This document shows positions 10,288-21,380 of a stretch of DNA of 64,000 nt, in pieces. Positions within the stretch are counted from its first letter, which is position 1. Every line of letters begins with the position of its first letter. The DNA comes from Bacteroidota bacterium. Its GTDB lineage: Bacteria > Bacteroidota > Rhodothermia > Rhodothermales > JBCCMF01. A program made the translations under genes and the position numbers. The notes under the pieces were generated by a model. That model saw only the letters and a program-made list of their open reading frames with translations, did not search any database and was not told the origin of the DNA. The stretch is from positions 416-64,415 of the forward strand of contig JBCDJT010000008.1 in the NCBI GenBank assembly GCA_038747545.1. Reading direction: 5' to 3'.

Positions 10288-10300
10288 CACGCCTACCACG

Positions 10301-10337
10301 AAAAAGCGCCAGCCTCGTCGATGCGGGGCTGGCGCTT
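10301..10337 (-). terminator. Intrinsic terminator downstream of sucD
   Basis: AAAAAGCGCCAGCCTCG-loop-CGGGGCTGGCGCTT hairpin with U-tract on the minus strand. Confidence 0.8.
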
Positions 10338-10370
10338 CCGTGTGTGGGTAGTGGTGGTTTCGCGGCCTGC

Positions 10371-11249
10371 TTACCCGGCAGCCGTGAGGTGTGCTTTCAC
10401 CGTGCTGCCGATGAACGCGGGGTTCTTAACCACAACAGCACCAGCGGCTTCGAGGGCGGCGAACTTGTCCTCGGCCGTGCCTTTACCGCCCGAGATGATG
10501 GCGCCAGCGTGGCCCATGCGGCGTCCCGGAGGCGCTGTAGCCCCTGCGATGAAGCCAAAGACGGGCTTCGTCATGTGGCTCTTGATGTAGTCGGCCGCCT
10601 CTTCCTCAGCCGTGCCGCCAATCTCGCCGATCATGACGACCGCTTCCGTCTCGCCGTCCGCCTCGAAGAGCTTGAGCGCGTCAATGAAGCGTGTGCCGAT
10701 GATTGGGTCGCCACCGATGCCAATGGCGGTGGTCTGTCCCAGGCCTTCGCGGGTCAGCTGATCGACCGCCTCGTACGTCAGTGTGCCGGAGCGCGAGACG
10801 AGGCCGATGGGGCCCTCGCTGAAGATCATAGCGGGCATGATGCCGACCTTAGCTTGGCCTGGCGTGATGACGCCTGGGCAGTTCGGCCCAACGAGGCGGG
10901 AGCCCGTCTTCTGCACGTACTGGTACGCAGGGATCATGTCGCGGACCGGGATGCCTTCCGTGATGCAGATGATGACCTCAACCCCTGCATCGGCGGCCTC
11001 CATGATGGCGTCGGCAGCGAAGGGCGGCGGCACAAAGATGACCGACACGTTGGCGCCCTCGTGCGCTACGGCCTCGGCCACGGTGTTGAAGACGGGGCGA
11101 TCCAGATGGGTTTGTCCACCTTTGCGGGGCGTGACGCCAGCCACCACGTTGGTGCCGTAGTCCAGCATCTGGGTGGCATGGAAGGTGCCTTCTTTACCAG
11201 TGAAGCCTTGCACCACCAGCCGGGTGTTCTTATCGACGAGAACGCTCAT
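10371..11249 (-). CDS. sucD: Succinate--CoA ligase subunit alpha
   Basis: [33 protein letters not shown] phosphohistidine motif. Confidence 0.97.
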   Translation of the reverse strand: MSVLVDKNTRLVVQGFTGKEGTFHATQMLDYGTNVVAGVTPRKGGQTHLDRPVFNTVAEAVAHEGANVSVIFVPPPFAADAIMEAADAGVEVIICITEGIPVRDMIPAYQYVQKTGSRLVGPNCPGVITPGQAKVGIMPAMIFSEGPIGLVSRSGTLTYEAVDQLTREGLGQTTAIGIGGDPIIGTRFIDALKLFEADGETEAVVMIGEIGGTAEEEAADYIKSHMTKPVFGFIAGATAPPGRRMGHAGAIISGGKGTAEDKFAALEAAGAVVVKNPAFIGSTVKAHLTAAG

Positions 11250-11412
11250 AAGCGAGTTGAAGAGTCGGATGTATAGTCAACGATGCGATCAAGTTAAGGG
11301 GCCACCCGGAAATCGCAATACGGCACGTCGGAATCCTCAACATTTCACGCACGACCTCGCTAGAAGGCGCTTTTCTGTCCCCTTGGTTCTTGTCCATCCT
11401 ACCCCAGCTCTA

Positions 11413-12375
11413 ATGCTTGCTCGCGTCATCGGCCTAGTTCTCCTGGCGGTTCCCCTGCCTGCACACGCCACCTTCTCTATCGTAGCGTGCGAGCCGGAGA
11501 CGGGTATCTGCGGCGTTGCGGTGGCCACGCATAACCTCGCGGTGGGTGCCAGCGTGCCTACGTTGCAAGCTGGCGTGGGCGCCATCGTCAGCCAATACGA
11601 AACGAACCCACTGTACGGGCCGCTGGCCCTTCGCTTGTTTGCCGAACAGCTGTCAACGCCGGAGGTGCTTGAGCGCATGTTGGCGCAGGACGGTCAGTTT
11701 GAGGGGAGAGGCCCCGAAGCCCGGCAGGTAGGCATTGTCCGTGCCGATGGCAGCGTGGCGATTCACACAGGCAAGGCTGCGCTCGCTTCAGGGTGGGCAG
11801 GCCAACGGTCTGGCTCAGGATATGCTGTACTGGGGAACGGCCTCGATGGTGAGCGTGTGCTCCTCGCCATGGAACAGGCCTTTCAGTCATCACGCGCCCC
11901 GTTCTCACGCCGATTGGTTGATGCGCTGCTGGCTGGGCAAGAGGCAGGTGGTCAAACCATCGGTGTGCTCTCCGCTGCCGTCATCGTCCGCACTCCCGAC
12001 GGATGGCCGCGCGACATCGACCTGCGCGTGGATGCTCACGACACGCCCGTGCATCGCTTGTCTGCGCTGCTCGATCTGCACGAGGCCCGCCAAGTCATGA
12101 TCCGAGCGGAGCGGCTCATGCGAAGGGGGGATACCGCAGCGGCCTGGGATGCTGTGGCCTTAGCCCTGCACCTTGGCGCCGACTGGGACCGCACCTGGCG
12201 GCGAGCGGCACGTTTGGCGATGACGGCAGGAGCATCGGAGCGGGCGCTGGACTACCTCGCTGTCTTCATGGCCCACAACCCCACCTGGGGCCTTCGCGAG
12301 ATCCAAGACCCGCTGTACGCACCACTTCACGGGTCGCCTCTCTTCCAGCGATGGCTGAGCGCTGTTGCGAACTGA
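11413..12375 (+). CDS. DUF1028 (Ntn-hydrolase-like) secreted protein with C-terminal helical/TPR-like region
   Basis: Signal peptide followed by TFSIVAC...GVAVAT...VGA, GN.L, SAA, DLRVD.H; start taken at ATG 11413. Confidence 0.8.
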   Translation: MLARVIGLVLLAVPLPAHATFSIVACEPETGICGVAVATHNLAVGASVPTLQAGVGAIVSQYETNPLYGPLALRLFAEQLSTPEVLERMLAQDGQFEGRGPEARQVGIVRADGSVAIHTGKAALASGWAGQRSGSGYAVLGNGLDGERVLLAMEQAFQSSRAPFSRRLVDALLAGQEAGGQTIGVLSAAVIVRTPDGWPRDIDLRVDAHDTPVHRLSALLDLHEARQVMIRAERLMRRGDTAAAWDAVALALHLGADWDRTWRRAARLAMTAGASERALDYLAVFMAHNPTWGLREIQDPLYAPLHGSPLFQRWLSAVAN

Positions 12376-12386
12376 CGCGCAAGCGC

Positions 12387-13301
12387 CTATTCAATCATAC
12401 CCCGGTGCCGCATCCAGTTGATGGCGAGATCCGGCCAGGTGTGTAGCGTGGGATGCTCAGGGGCGAGGCCGAGGCCGTGGCGCCCTGGCTCGTAGATGTG
12501 CATCTCGGCGGGCACACCAGCTTGGCGCAGCGCTTGGTAGAAGAGCACGCTGTTCTCCGGGGGCACGGCGGTGTCTTCGTTCGTGTGGAAAAGAAACGTG
12601 GGTGGCGTCTCCGGCGTGACCTGCAGCTCCGTGGACATCCGACGCACCAACTCGGGAGCAGGGTCGCCGCCGAGGAGGTGCCACTTGGAGCCCTGGTGGG
12701 TATGCTCCGTCGTCATCGAGATGACGGGATACAGCAGCAGCATAAAGTCAGGGCGCGCCGACTGCGCCGCGATGGCATCATCAGGACCAAGCGCCGCGCT
12801 GAAGAGCGTACCGGTGGTGGAGGCAAGGTGGCCGCCAGCGGAGAAGCCGAGGATGCCCACGCGGTCGGGGTCAATGTCCCACGCGGCTGCTCGAGCGCGG
12901 ACCGTTTGGATGGCACGTTGCGCATCGGCTAGTGGAACCGGATGGCGGTAGGCTTCACCGCGCCGGTACGTGGCCATGATGCCCGCGATGCCGTGGCTGA
13001 TGAGCCAACGCGCTACGTCGTGCCCTTCGTGGTCAGTCGCCAGCATCTTGTAGCCGCCTCCTGGCAGAATGACAACGGCGGCTCCGGTGCGCACATCCTC
13101 AGGCGGCAAGTACACGGTCAACTCGGGCGCGTCGGCTGGGTCAGCCAGGCCGCCGGGCATCGCGTCTTCCCACAGTGGAAATACCATAGGGTCTGATGTA
13201 GCAAGCGTAGCCTCAAGCATGGTTTCGGGGTGCGGCGCCCCACCTTGAGGTTGGCACCCTACCATGATAGCGACGATCAAACATCCGACGAGGCGCGTCA
13301 T
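12387..13301 (-). CDS. Alpha/beta hydrolase (acetyl/xylan esterase-like), probable lipoprotein
   Basis: PGGGY oxyanion motif, GFSAGG nucleophile, D..V, HGLG. MTRLVGCLIVAIMVGC lipobox-like N-terminus; ATGA overlap at 13298-13301. Confidence 0.85.
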   Translation of the reverse strand: MTRLVGCLIVAIMVGCQPQGGAPHPETMLEATLATSDPMVFPLWEDAMPGGLADPADAPELTVYLPPEDVRTGAAVVILPGGGYKMLATDHEGHDVARWLISHGIAGIMATYRRGEAYRHPVPLADAQRAIQTVRARAAAWDIDPDRVGILGFSAGGHLASTTGTLFSAALGPDDAIAAQSARPDFMLLLYPVISMTTEHTHQGSKWHLLGGDPAPELVRRMSTELQVTPETPPTFLFHTNEDTAVPPENSVLFYQALRQAGVPAEMHIYEPGRHGLGLAPEHPTLHTWPDLAINWMRHRGMIE

Positions 13302-14266
13302 GTCGCTTCGTGTACTTCGGGGTTCATCGTGAACGGCAGCGGCTCGTCGCGCAGCCCAGCAAGTAGGTTGTCCACCGTCATCTCGGACATCTTTTGGCGC
13401 GTCCATAGGCTGGCGGAGCCGATGTGGGGCGTCACGATGATGCGCGGCTCGTGCATGATCGGGTGGGACGGGGCGATGGGCTCAGGGTCTGTCACGTCTA
13501 GCCCGGCGCCGGCCAAGTGGCCTGACTGCACGGCAGCAAGCAACGCATCTTGATCCACTACACCACCGCGCGCCGTGTTAACGACAATGCTTCCGGGCTT
13601 CATCTGGGCAAACGCGGCGGCGTCCAGCAGGTGGTGCGTAGCTGGCGTGAGCGGGCAGTGCAGACTCACGATGTCACTCTCGGCCAGCAGCGTGTGCATC
13701 GGCACATACGTAGCGTCGACGCCGGCTTTCTCACGCGGCCCTGTGTAGAGAACCCTCATGTCAAAGCCGTTGGCGCGCCGGGCTGCAGCTTGCCCGATGC
13801 GGCCCATGCCGATGATGCCTAACGTGGCGCCCTTTAGATCCATCCCGAGCAGCCCCAGTGGATACCACGTCTTCCACTCGCCATCGGCAATGAACCGCAT
13901 ACTCTCGACGACGCGCCGTGCCACACCAAGGATCAGCGCCCACGTCAGGTCAGCCGTAGCATCCGACAGGACGCCTGGCGTGTGCCCTACTCCGATGCCC
14001 CGGGCCGTAGCTGCCGCCACATCGATGTTGTCGTAGCCCACGGCCATCTGGCTAATGACCTTAAGCTTTGGGCTGTTGTCGATCAGCGCAGCGTCTACGG
14101 TATCAGTCAACATACAGAGCAGACCGTCGCAATCCGCTACACGCTGCACAAGCGTTGGGTAGTCGGGGGGCAGCTCTTCGGGCCACAGATCGACATCGGC
14201 ATGCTCACGTAGCCGATTCAAGGCCGCTTCAGCAATTTTCCGGGTGACAAATATGCGGTTCGGCAT
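13298..14266 (-). CDS. D-glycerate dehydrogenase / glyoxylate reductase (D-2-hydroxyacid dehydrogenase family)
   Basis: AVGYDNID, TPGVLSDATAD, GMGRIG, NTARG, LDVTDPEP, PHIGSA. Confidence 0.9.
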   Translation of the reverse strand: MPNRIFVTRKIAEAALNRLREHADVDLWPEELPPDYPTLVQRVADCDGLLCMLTDTVDAALIDNSPKLKVISQMAVGYDNIDVAAATARGIGVGHTPGVLSDATADLTWALILGVARRVVESMRFIADGEWKTWYPLGLLGMDLKGATLGIIGMGRIGQAAARRANGFDMRVLYTGPREKAGVDATYVPMHTLLAESDIVSLHCPLTPATHHLLDAAAFAQMKPGSIVVNTARGGVVDQDALLAAVQSGHLAGAGLDVTDPEPIAPSHPIMHEPRIIVTPHIGSASLWTRQKMSEMTVDNLLAGLRDEPLPFTMNPEVHEAT

Positions 14267-14394
14267 CGTATTCGCTGCTTGTTCTGTGTGTAGTGCGACG
14301 GGGGCATGCCGCAAAGGGTCGGGTAGGCGTTTTAACACAACCTACCTAAACGTTGGGTCGGTTTCCGTCGTACCTGTAGTGTAACTGAGTATAC

Positions 14395-14549
14395 CACTTG
14401 CCCGCGCCTGTCTCCAGCCGCTGGCCAAAATAAGCGAAGGCCGAGAGCGTGAGCCCTCAGCCTTCGGCTAGAGTACCTCGAGTGATGTGATGTGTGGCAA
14501 TACCACTCCTTGAGGAAGCCCAGCATCTGGGGGGGTGCTGGGCTTTTTT
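14395..14549 (+). ncRNA. Candidate structured small RNA (two hairpins plus terminator); 5' end uncertain
   Basis: Hairpin 14433-14469 capped by GTGA (GNRA), hairpin 14476-14515, then a plus-strand terminator, although all flanking genes are on the minus strand. Confidence 0.45.
14516..14549 (+). terminator. Intrinsic terminator of an unannotated plus-strand transcript
   Basis: AAGCCCAGCATC-loop-GGTGCTGGGCTT followed by a T-tract. Confidence 0.8.
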
Positions 14550-14617
14550 GTGCTCGTAAGGATAGGCGCTCGGGGCCCGATTACCAAATCTTATCCTAAA
14601 GATTAACAGGTGCCTAC

Positions 14618-14646
14618 AAAAAACCCCAGCCATTGCTGGCCGGGGT
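14618..14646 (-). terminator. Intrinsic terminator of tRNA-Gly
   Basis: Minus strand ACCCCGGCCAGCAATGGCTGGGGTTTTTT directly after CCA. Confidence 0.8.
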
Positions 14647-14721
14647 TGGAGCGGGTGATGAGATTCGAACTCACGACCCTCACGTTGGCAACGTGATGCT
14701 CTACCACTGAGCTACACCCGC
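14647..14721 (-). tRNA. tRNA-Gly (anticodon GCC), CCA encoded
   Basis: Reverse complement GCGGGTGTAGCTCAGTGGTAGAGCATCACGTTGCCAACGTGAGGGTCGTGAGTTCGAATCTCATCACCCGCTCCA; cloverleaf with U discriminator. Confidence 0.97.
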
Positions 14722-14814
14722 TTATGTGTTGGCGCCCTACTTTTGTCAGGCGGGTCGCAAGTATACGACATGCCGCTCGCGTTTGTCAAACCTGTGGCTT
14801 GGCTTAACACAACT

Positions 14815-15333
14815 TCAATGGAAGCCCAGTGGCCGTGCAGGTTTCTCGGGATGTGCCTGATTCAGCGCATCAGGAAGCGGCAGCCGCCACGTCTCGGTAA
14901 AAGGTGTTCCGCCTACCGCCTGCCAGAACGCACGTCCAGCCGCGTTGAGGGCCAACGTACGCCACTGCAGATAGCTGCACCGCTGCGCAATAGCCCAGCC
15001 CTGGACTTGGTCCAGCAGCCCGCCCCCCAACCCCTTGCGGCGATGTTCGGGCTGCACGTAGAAGTGGTTAATGAACGCGACGGCTTCGTCAACATACATC
15101 GGCGGTGGATGCCACAGCTCTGCATCGGCGAAGCCTACGACGTGGGCATCGGTTTCTACTACCCACACGCCGTGCGAGGTCGCGGCTAGCCAGTGTGGGG
15201 CATCATTGCGCCAGCGCGTCAGCGCGTCTTCGGCGAGCCGAAAGCGCACATCGGCGGCGTGCATCTCGGCGGTAAGCGCCAACCACATCCGTTCGATGGC
15301 AGGCAGATCCGTGGCCTTGGCCTCGCGGATCAT
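14815..15333 (-). CDS. GNAT family N-acetyltransferase
   Basis: MIREA start, FYVQPEHRRKGLG acetyl-CoA motif, N..G..FW...G; ATGA overlap with the asd stop. Confidence 0.88.
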   Translation of the reverse strand: MIREAKATDLPAIERMWLALTAEMHAADVRFRLAEDALTRWRNDAPHWLAATSHGVWVVETDAHVVGFADAELWHPPPMYVDEAVAFINHFYVQPEHRRKGLGGGLLDQVQGWAIAQRCSYLQWRTLALNAAGRAFWQAVGGTPFTETWRLPLPDALNQAHPEKPARPLGFH

Positions 15334-16409
15334 GCTACCGCGACGGATGCCGCGGCACGCGCGCGCAGCCGCCCCTGGTTGACCAGCAACTCGGCATTGA
15401 GGATGGCACCGCCTGCTGCACCACGGATGGTGTTGTGCGAGAGCACGACGAACTTCACATCGAGCACTTCGTCGTCGCGGACACGGCCCACGGATACGGT
15501 CATGCCGCCGCCCAGCTCGCTGTGGCGGCGCGGCTGCGGGAAGCGCTCATCGCCAAACACCTGCAGGAACGGCTGCGGCTTCGTCGGCAGATCGAGGGCC
15601 GCGATGGGACTCTCGTAGCCGAGTAGAACCTCGCGGACCTCGGCAGCGGTAGCAGGCTGTTTGAAGCGCACAGCCACGCACTCCAGGTGACCTTCTAAGA
15701 CAGGAACCCGATTACACTGCGCGCTGATGGCGATGCTTGGTTGCCCAATGCCCGCCTCCGCGAGCGTGCCCAGCAGCTTCAGCGGCTCGGTAGCAATCTT
15801 AGCCTCCTCCCCGCCGATGTACGGCACCACATTGCCGAGCGCATCGAGGGACGACACGCCGGGATACCCCGCTCCAGAGAGGGCCTGCATGGTGGTGACT
15901 TGCACAGCATCCAACCCAAAGGCGTCATGCAAAGGCTTGAGCGCACAGACGAGCCCCACCGTTGAGCAGTTGGGGTTGGTGACGATGTACCCTCCGGCAC
16001 TGCCCCAGACCTGCCGGTCAATCAGCGCCGTATGGTCTGGGTTGACCTCGGGGATCAGCAGCGGCACATCGGCCTGCATGCGGTAGTTGCGGGCATTGGA
16101 GATCACGGGGTAGCCCGCCTCGGCAAAAGCACGCTCCAGATCGCCCGCGACACGCGCGTCCAATCCCGAGAACACGAAGTCGCAATCCAGTCCGGGCTCG
16201 GCCAGCACCACCACCTGATCGGCTACCGCAGCCGGGATAGGCTTGGCACCGATCCAGTTGGCCGCCTCGCTGTAGGGCTTGCCAGCGGAGCGAGATGACG
16301 CTGCCAGCGCTGTGATCTCGAACCAGGGGTGCCCGTCGAGCAGTTCGACGAACTTCTGCCCTACTGCGCCTGTGGCGCCCAGGATACCTACACGTAGTTT
16401 GTCTGACAT
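15330..16409 (-). CDS. asd: Aspartate-semialdehyde dehydrogenase (archaeal/fungal-like type)
   Basis: GATGAVGQ, SNARNYRM, NPNCST catalytic Cys, QALSGAG, CNRVPVLEGH, HNTIRGAAG. Confidence 0.95.
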   Translation of the reverse strand: MSDKLRVGILGATGAVGQKFVELLDGHPWFEITALAASSRSAGKPYSEAANWIGAKPIPAAVADQVVVLAEPGLDCDFVFSGLDARVAGDLERAFAEAGYPVISNARNYRMQADVPLLIPEVNPDHTALIDRQVWGSAGGYIVTNPNCSTVGLVCALKPLHDAFGLDAVQVTTMQALSGAGYPGVSSLDALGNVVPYIGGEEAKIATEPLKLLGTLAEAGIGQPSIAISAQCNRVPVLEGHLECVAVRFKQPATAAEVREVLLGYESPIAALDLPTKPQPFLQVFGDERFPQPRRHSELGGGMTVSVGRVRDDEVLDVKFVVLSHNTIRGAAGGAILNAELLVNQGRLRARAAASVAVA

Positions 16410-16510
16410 ATACTGATGTAGCGTTGTCGCAATAGAATGGAGGAGGGTGTGCAGCCAAGGCTGCGCCGGGAGTTACAGCCGCCTTGGCATCACGGCGCGC
16501 AACGAGCGCG

Positions 16511-17440
16511 CTACCTTGCGAGTGAGATGGCTTGTACGCCGCTCGGGAGAATCTGCGTCCCGGCCTTTGACGGCTCACGCGTGCTGCGTACATGTACGGG
16601 GATGCCCGCCGTTACGAGCGGATCGAGCGCTTTGCGATGCATGCCGATACGCCCCGCGTGGTTCCATGCCGCGGCCTCTCGGAGGACAATGGTGGCGATG
16701 CGCTTCGCTTCAGGATCGACGCGTGGGTCGGCGGTGTAGATGCCGTTGGTATCGGTCCAGCGCTCCAACACGGCTGCGTTCAGGGCGGCGGCTAGCAGCG
16801 CCGCTGAGTAATCGCTGCCCCCACGCCCTAGCGTGGTTGGGTGCCCCTCCGATGTGGCTCCCAAAAACCCGGTCACAACGGGCACCACGCCTGCAGGTAA
16901 CGCCGCATACCACGACGTGACTTGGCGATACGTGGTGGCCAAGTCAACAGCAGCGTTCTGGTACGTGGCGTCAGTACGGATCAGCCGGGTAGCATCCACA
17001 GGCCGTGCAAGTACTCCAGCCTTGCTCAAGATTCGCGCCATCAGCGGCACCGACAGTCGCTCCCCTATTGCCAGCACCTCGTCGTGCAACTGTGGCGAAA
17101 GCGCGGCATCGCCGTGGACTGCGAGGCGATCGCGAAGGACGCGCAGGTGCTCCTCCAACTCATCGAGGTACGACCGGAGCGGGGCGCCGTGCAGCAGTAG
17201 CACCGCAAAGTTGCGATGGCGCTCGTGCATCCACTTGAGGTATTGCACCCGCTCGGTCCACGTCCGGCTGTCGATGAGCGCCACCAGCGTATCGGTCACG
17301 CCCGAGAGTGCCGAAGCCACCACCACCACGCGATGCGTGCCGAGGGCTTCCCGTACCAGGGTAACGAGGTGCTGCACCCGGTCGATGGTGCCCACAGAGG
17401 TCCCACCGAATTTCATCACCTTGATGGGGAGCGGGCTCAT
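16511..17440 (-). CDS. Aspartate kinase, catalytic domain only (no ACT domains)
   Basis: KFGGTSV, SALSGVTD, GERLS, TTLGRGGSDYSA, WTDTNGIYTADPR. Start at 17440 by ATGA overlap with the metX stop. Confidence 0.88.
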   Translation of the reverse strand: MSPLPIKVMKFGGTSVGTIDRVQHLVTLVREALGTHRVVVVASALSGVTDTLVALIDSRTWTERVQYLKWMHERHRNFAVLLLHGAPLRSYLDELEEHLRVLRDRLAVHGDAALSPQLHDEVLAIGERLSVPLMARILSKAGVLARPVDATRLIRTDATYQNAAVDLATTYRQVTSWYAALPAGVVPVVTGFLGATSEGHPTTLGRGGSDYSAALLAAALNAAVLERWTDTNGIYTADPRVDPEAKRIATIVLREAAAWNHAGRIGMHRKALDPLVTAGIPVHVRSTREPSKAGTQILPSGVQAISLAR

Positions 17441-18489
17441 GCGTTCACGGGCCGAGCGGCGAGGGTTGAGTAGGGTTGATGCCATGCCAATAGGGCGTTG
17501 TTTATGGCGGTTTGTTCGATGAGGAAGCCATCGTGTCCGTACGGGCTCTCTACGACATGTAGGTGGCTGTTCGGGAGATGAGCGGCCAATTCGCGCTGCT
17601 CGTGCAGCGGGTACAGCACATCCGTGTCGATGCCGACGATGAACGTGGGCTGTGTAATGTTGGCGAGCACGCTGTGATACTCGCCGCGGCCACGCGCCAC
17701 ATCGTGCGTGTCCATCTGGCGCGTCAATGCAACATAGCAGTTTGCGTCGAATCGGTCGACGAGCTTCTGCCCTTGGTACTGGAGGTAGCTCTCTGCGGCA
17801 AACAGGGCTGCTGTCCCCGGTTGCTTGTCCCGGCCGAAGCGCTGATCAAACTCCTGGGCCGAGCGGTACGAGAGCATGGCCATCATGCGGGCCGCGGCGA
17901 GCCCCTGGCGCGGCGGATCGGCTGGGTCGTAGACGCCGTCGTTCCACTTTGCGTCGGCGAAGATGGCCTGCCGCTGTGCCTCGCTCCACCCTATGCACCA
18001 CGCCGAGTGCCGCCCGCCGACGGCCATCACGGCCAGCGCGTTTACATAGGCGCCGTAGAAGGACCATTCCAGCGCTTGCATCCCTCCCATCGAACCGCCG
18101 ATGACAAGGTCGATGTGCTGTACCCCCAGGTGGTCCAGCACGTGCTTATGCGCCGCCACGGTGTCGCGGATCGTGAGGCTAGGAAAAGCCGCACCGTAGG
18201 CATGTCCCGTCGCAGGGACTGTCGTGAGCGGCGAGGCAGATCCGTATGGCGAACCCAGCACGTTGCACGCCACGATATAGTGTGCTGTGGGGTCGAGGAT
18301 GCGGCCCGGCCCAAACATCCCGCCCCACCACGTGTCAACGTCGGGGTCGCCTGTGAGGGCGTGACAAACGAGTAGCGCATTGGTGCCTGCATCGTTCAGC
18401 GTGCCCCACGTGCGGTATGCCACAGGAGCGTGCCGGAGCGTGCCACCACGTTCAAGCGTCAGGGTTGGTATGATGTAGGTCTCTGCCAT
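17437..18489 (-). CDS. metX: Homoserine O-acetyltransferase
   Basis: CHALTG, GGSMGGMQALEW, RFDANCY, D.LYP, YGHDGFL; start MAETYI at 18489. Confidence 0.92.
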   Translation of the reverse strand: MAETYIIPTLTLERGGTLRHAPVAYRTWGTLNDAGTNALLVCHALTGDPDVDTWWGGMFGPGRILDPTAHYIVACNVLGSPYGSASPLTTVPATGHAYGAAFPSLTIRDTVAAHKHVLDHLGVQHIDLVIGGSMGGMQALEWSFYGAYVNALAVMAVGGRHSAWCIGWSEAQRQAIFADAKWNDGVYDPADPPRQGLAAARMMAMLSYRSAQEFDQRFGRDKQPGTAALFAAESYLQYQGQKLVDRFDANCYVALTRQMDTHDVARGRGEYHSVLANITQPTFIVGIDTDVLYPLHEQRELAAHLPNSHLHVVESPYGHDGFLIEQTAINNALLAWHQPYSTLAARPVNA

Positions 18490-18562
18490 GAGATGGTACG
18501 CGGGAGCATCCGATGGCGAACCACCCGATGCTCCCGCTTGTCGAAGCCTTGTGCGCAGCAGA

Positions 18563-20062
<1,500 letters not shown>

Positions 20063-20097
20063 CGCGATCCCAGCCATGCCGGGTGCTTATCCTACCG

Positions 20098-20230
20098 CTC
20101 ATCTTTCCCTGCCCGCATGGGCTGAGTAGGAGTTGGCACCTTTCGCGTCGTATGCGGCGTGGTGTAGCCGCCCGCGAAGCGCGGTTGCCAGGGTTTCAAC
20201 GGGCCTAATCCCTCCACCCTTCTGGATGAG
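20098..20230 (-). promoter_or_regulatory. SAM-I (S-box) riboswitch
   Basis: Minus strand CTCATCCAGAGAGGGTGGAGGGATTAGGCCCGTTGAAACCCTGGCAACC...GGTGCCAACTCC...GGAAAGATGAG matches the SAM-I consensus; lies upstream of metY-metX. Confidence 0.95.
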
Positions 20231-20436
20231 CTGTCAGAAACATCGTTTCATGCTGTGTCAAATCTACTGATCGAATGACTTGTTCCAACAGCGGGTTCGT
20301 TTTTTACCAGCACAAAAGCGCTACCATGCATGCCACGCGGTTTGTTTTTGCAAAATGCAGACGGTCGCTCCCTTCACCTGCGCAACCTGCCACGGTATGT
20401 TGAGAGCCCGTTGCTCCAGCATCCACCACTTTACGC

Positions 20437-21309
20437 ATGAACCTCATCGACGGTAAAGCCATCGCCGCGCAGGTACGCGCCGACGTACGCCAACAGGTAG
20501 ACCAATGGACCGCCCAAGGACACCGCCCCCCGTTCCTCTCCGTCGTGCTCGTCGGCGACAACCCGGCCTCGGCGTCCTATGTGCGCGGCAAGGCTAAGGC
20601 CGCTGGTTTGGCCGGCATCGGCAGTGATACGCTCCGCTACGAGGCCGACATTTCCGAAGCTGACCTCCTCGCTGTCATCGCTAGGCTCAATGCGGATGCG
20701 AACGTGGACGGCATCCTGGTCCAACTGCCCTTACCCAGTCACATCGACGCCAACAAGGTGATCGAGGCTATCGATCCGGCGAAGGATGTGGACGGTTTTC
20801 ACCCCATCAACGTTGGCAACCTCGTCATTGGGCGCCCCGCGTTCCCCCCCGCCACGCCGTCGGGCATCGTGGAGATGATCAGGCGGACGGGTATCGAGAC
20901 GTCGGGCGCACACGCCGTTGTGTTGGGCCGCAGCAACATCGTCGGCAAGCCGATGGCGACGCTGCTGCTACAGCGCGGGCTGGACGCCACCGTCACGGTG
21001 TGCCATAGCCGCACCAAAGACCTCGGCGACCTGACGCGCCAAGCGGACATCCTCATCGCCGCCATTGGGCGCCCGCATTTTGTCACAGCCGACATGGTAA
21101 AAGACGGCGCGGTAGTCATCGACGTAGGCATCAACCGTGTGGAGGATGCCAGCCGCGAGCGCGGCTACCGCTTGGTCGGCGATGTAGACTTCAACGCCGT
21201 CAAGGAGAAGGCCGCCGCCATCACCCCAGTCCCCGGCGGTGTGGGGCCGATGACGATTGCGATGCTGCTTAAGAACACGTTCGCCGCGGCACGTGGGACG
21301 TTTGATTGA
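20437..21309 (+). CDS. folD: Bifunctional methylenetetrahydrofolate dehydrogenase/cyclohydrolase
   Basis: [42 protein letters not shown]. Confidence 0.97.
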   Translation: MNLIDGKAIAAQVRADVRQQVDQWTAQGHRPPFLSVVLVGDNPASASYVRGKAKAAGLAGIGSDTLRYEADISEADLLAVIARLNADANVDGILVQLPLPSHIDANKVIEAIDPAKDVDGFHPINVGNLVIGRPAFPPATPSGIVEMIRRTGIETSGAHAVVLGRSNIVGKPMATLLLQRGLDATVTVCHSRTKDLGDLTRQADILIAAIGRPHFVTADMVKDGAVVIDVGINRVEDASRERGYRLVGDVDFNAVKEKAAAITPVPGGVGPMTIAMLLKNTFAAARGTFD

Positions 21310-21380
21310 GTGCGCCACGGGACCTAACGATCACGTATCTTCACTGGTAACACGTCCCTCCTCCTCGCCCTGCTTAGCTG

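Noticed and set aside
11173-11412. Upstream extensions of ORF-track calls (DUF1028, metX, metY, lipoproteins, SDR, FAD oxidoreductase)
   Set aside because: They overlap neighbouring genes or promoters; downstream ATGs give proper signal peptides or translational coupling.
14647-14721. tRNA-Gly as the integration site of an island
   Set aside because: I saw no duplicated 3' end and no adjacent integrase; flanking genes are ordinary metabolic genes.
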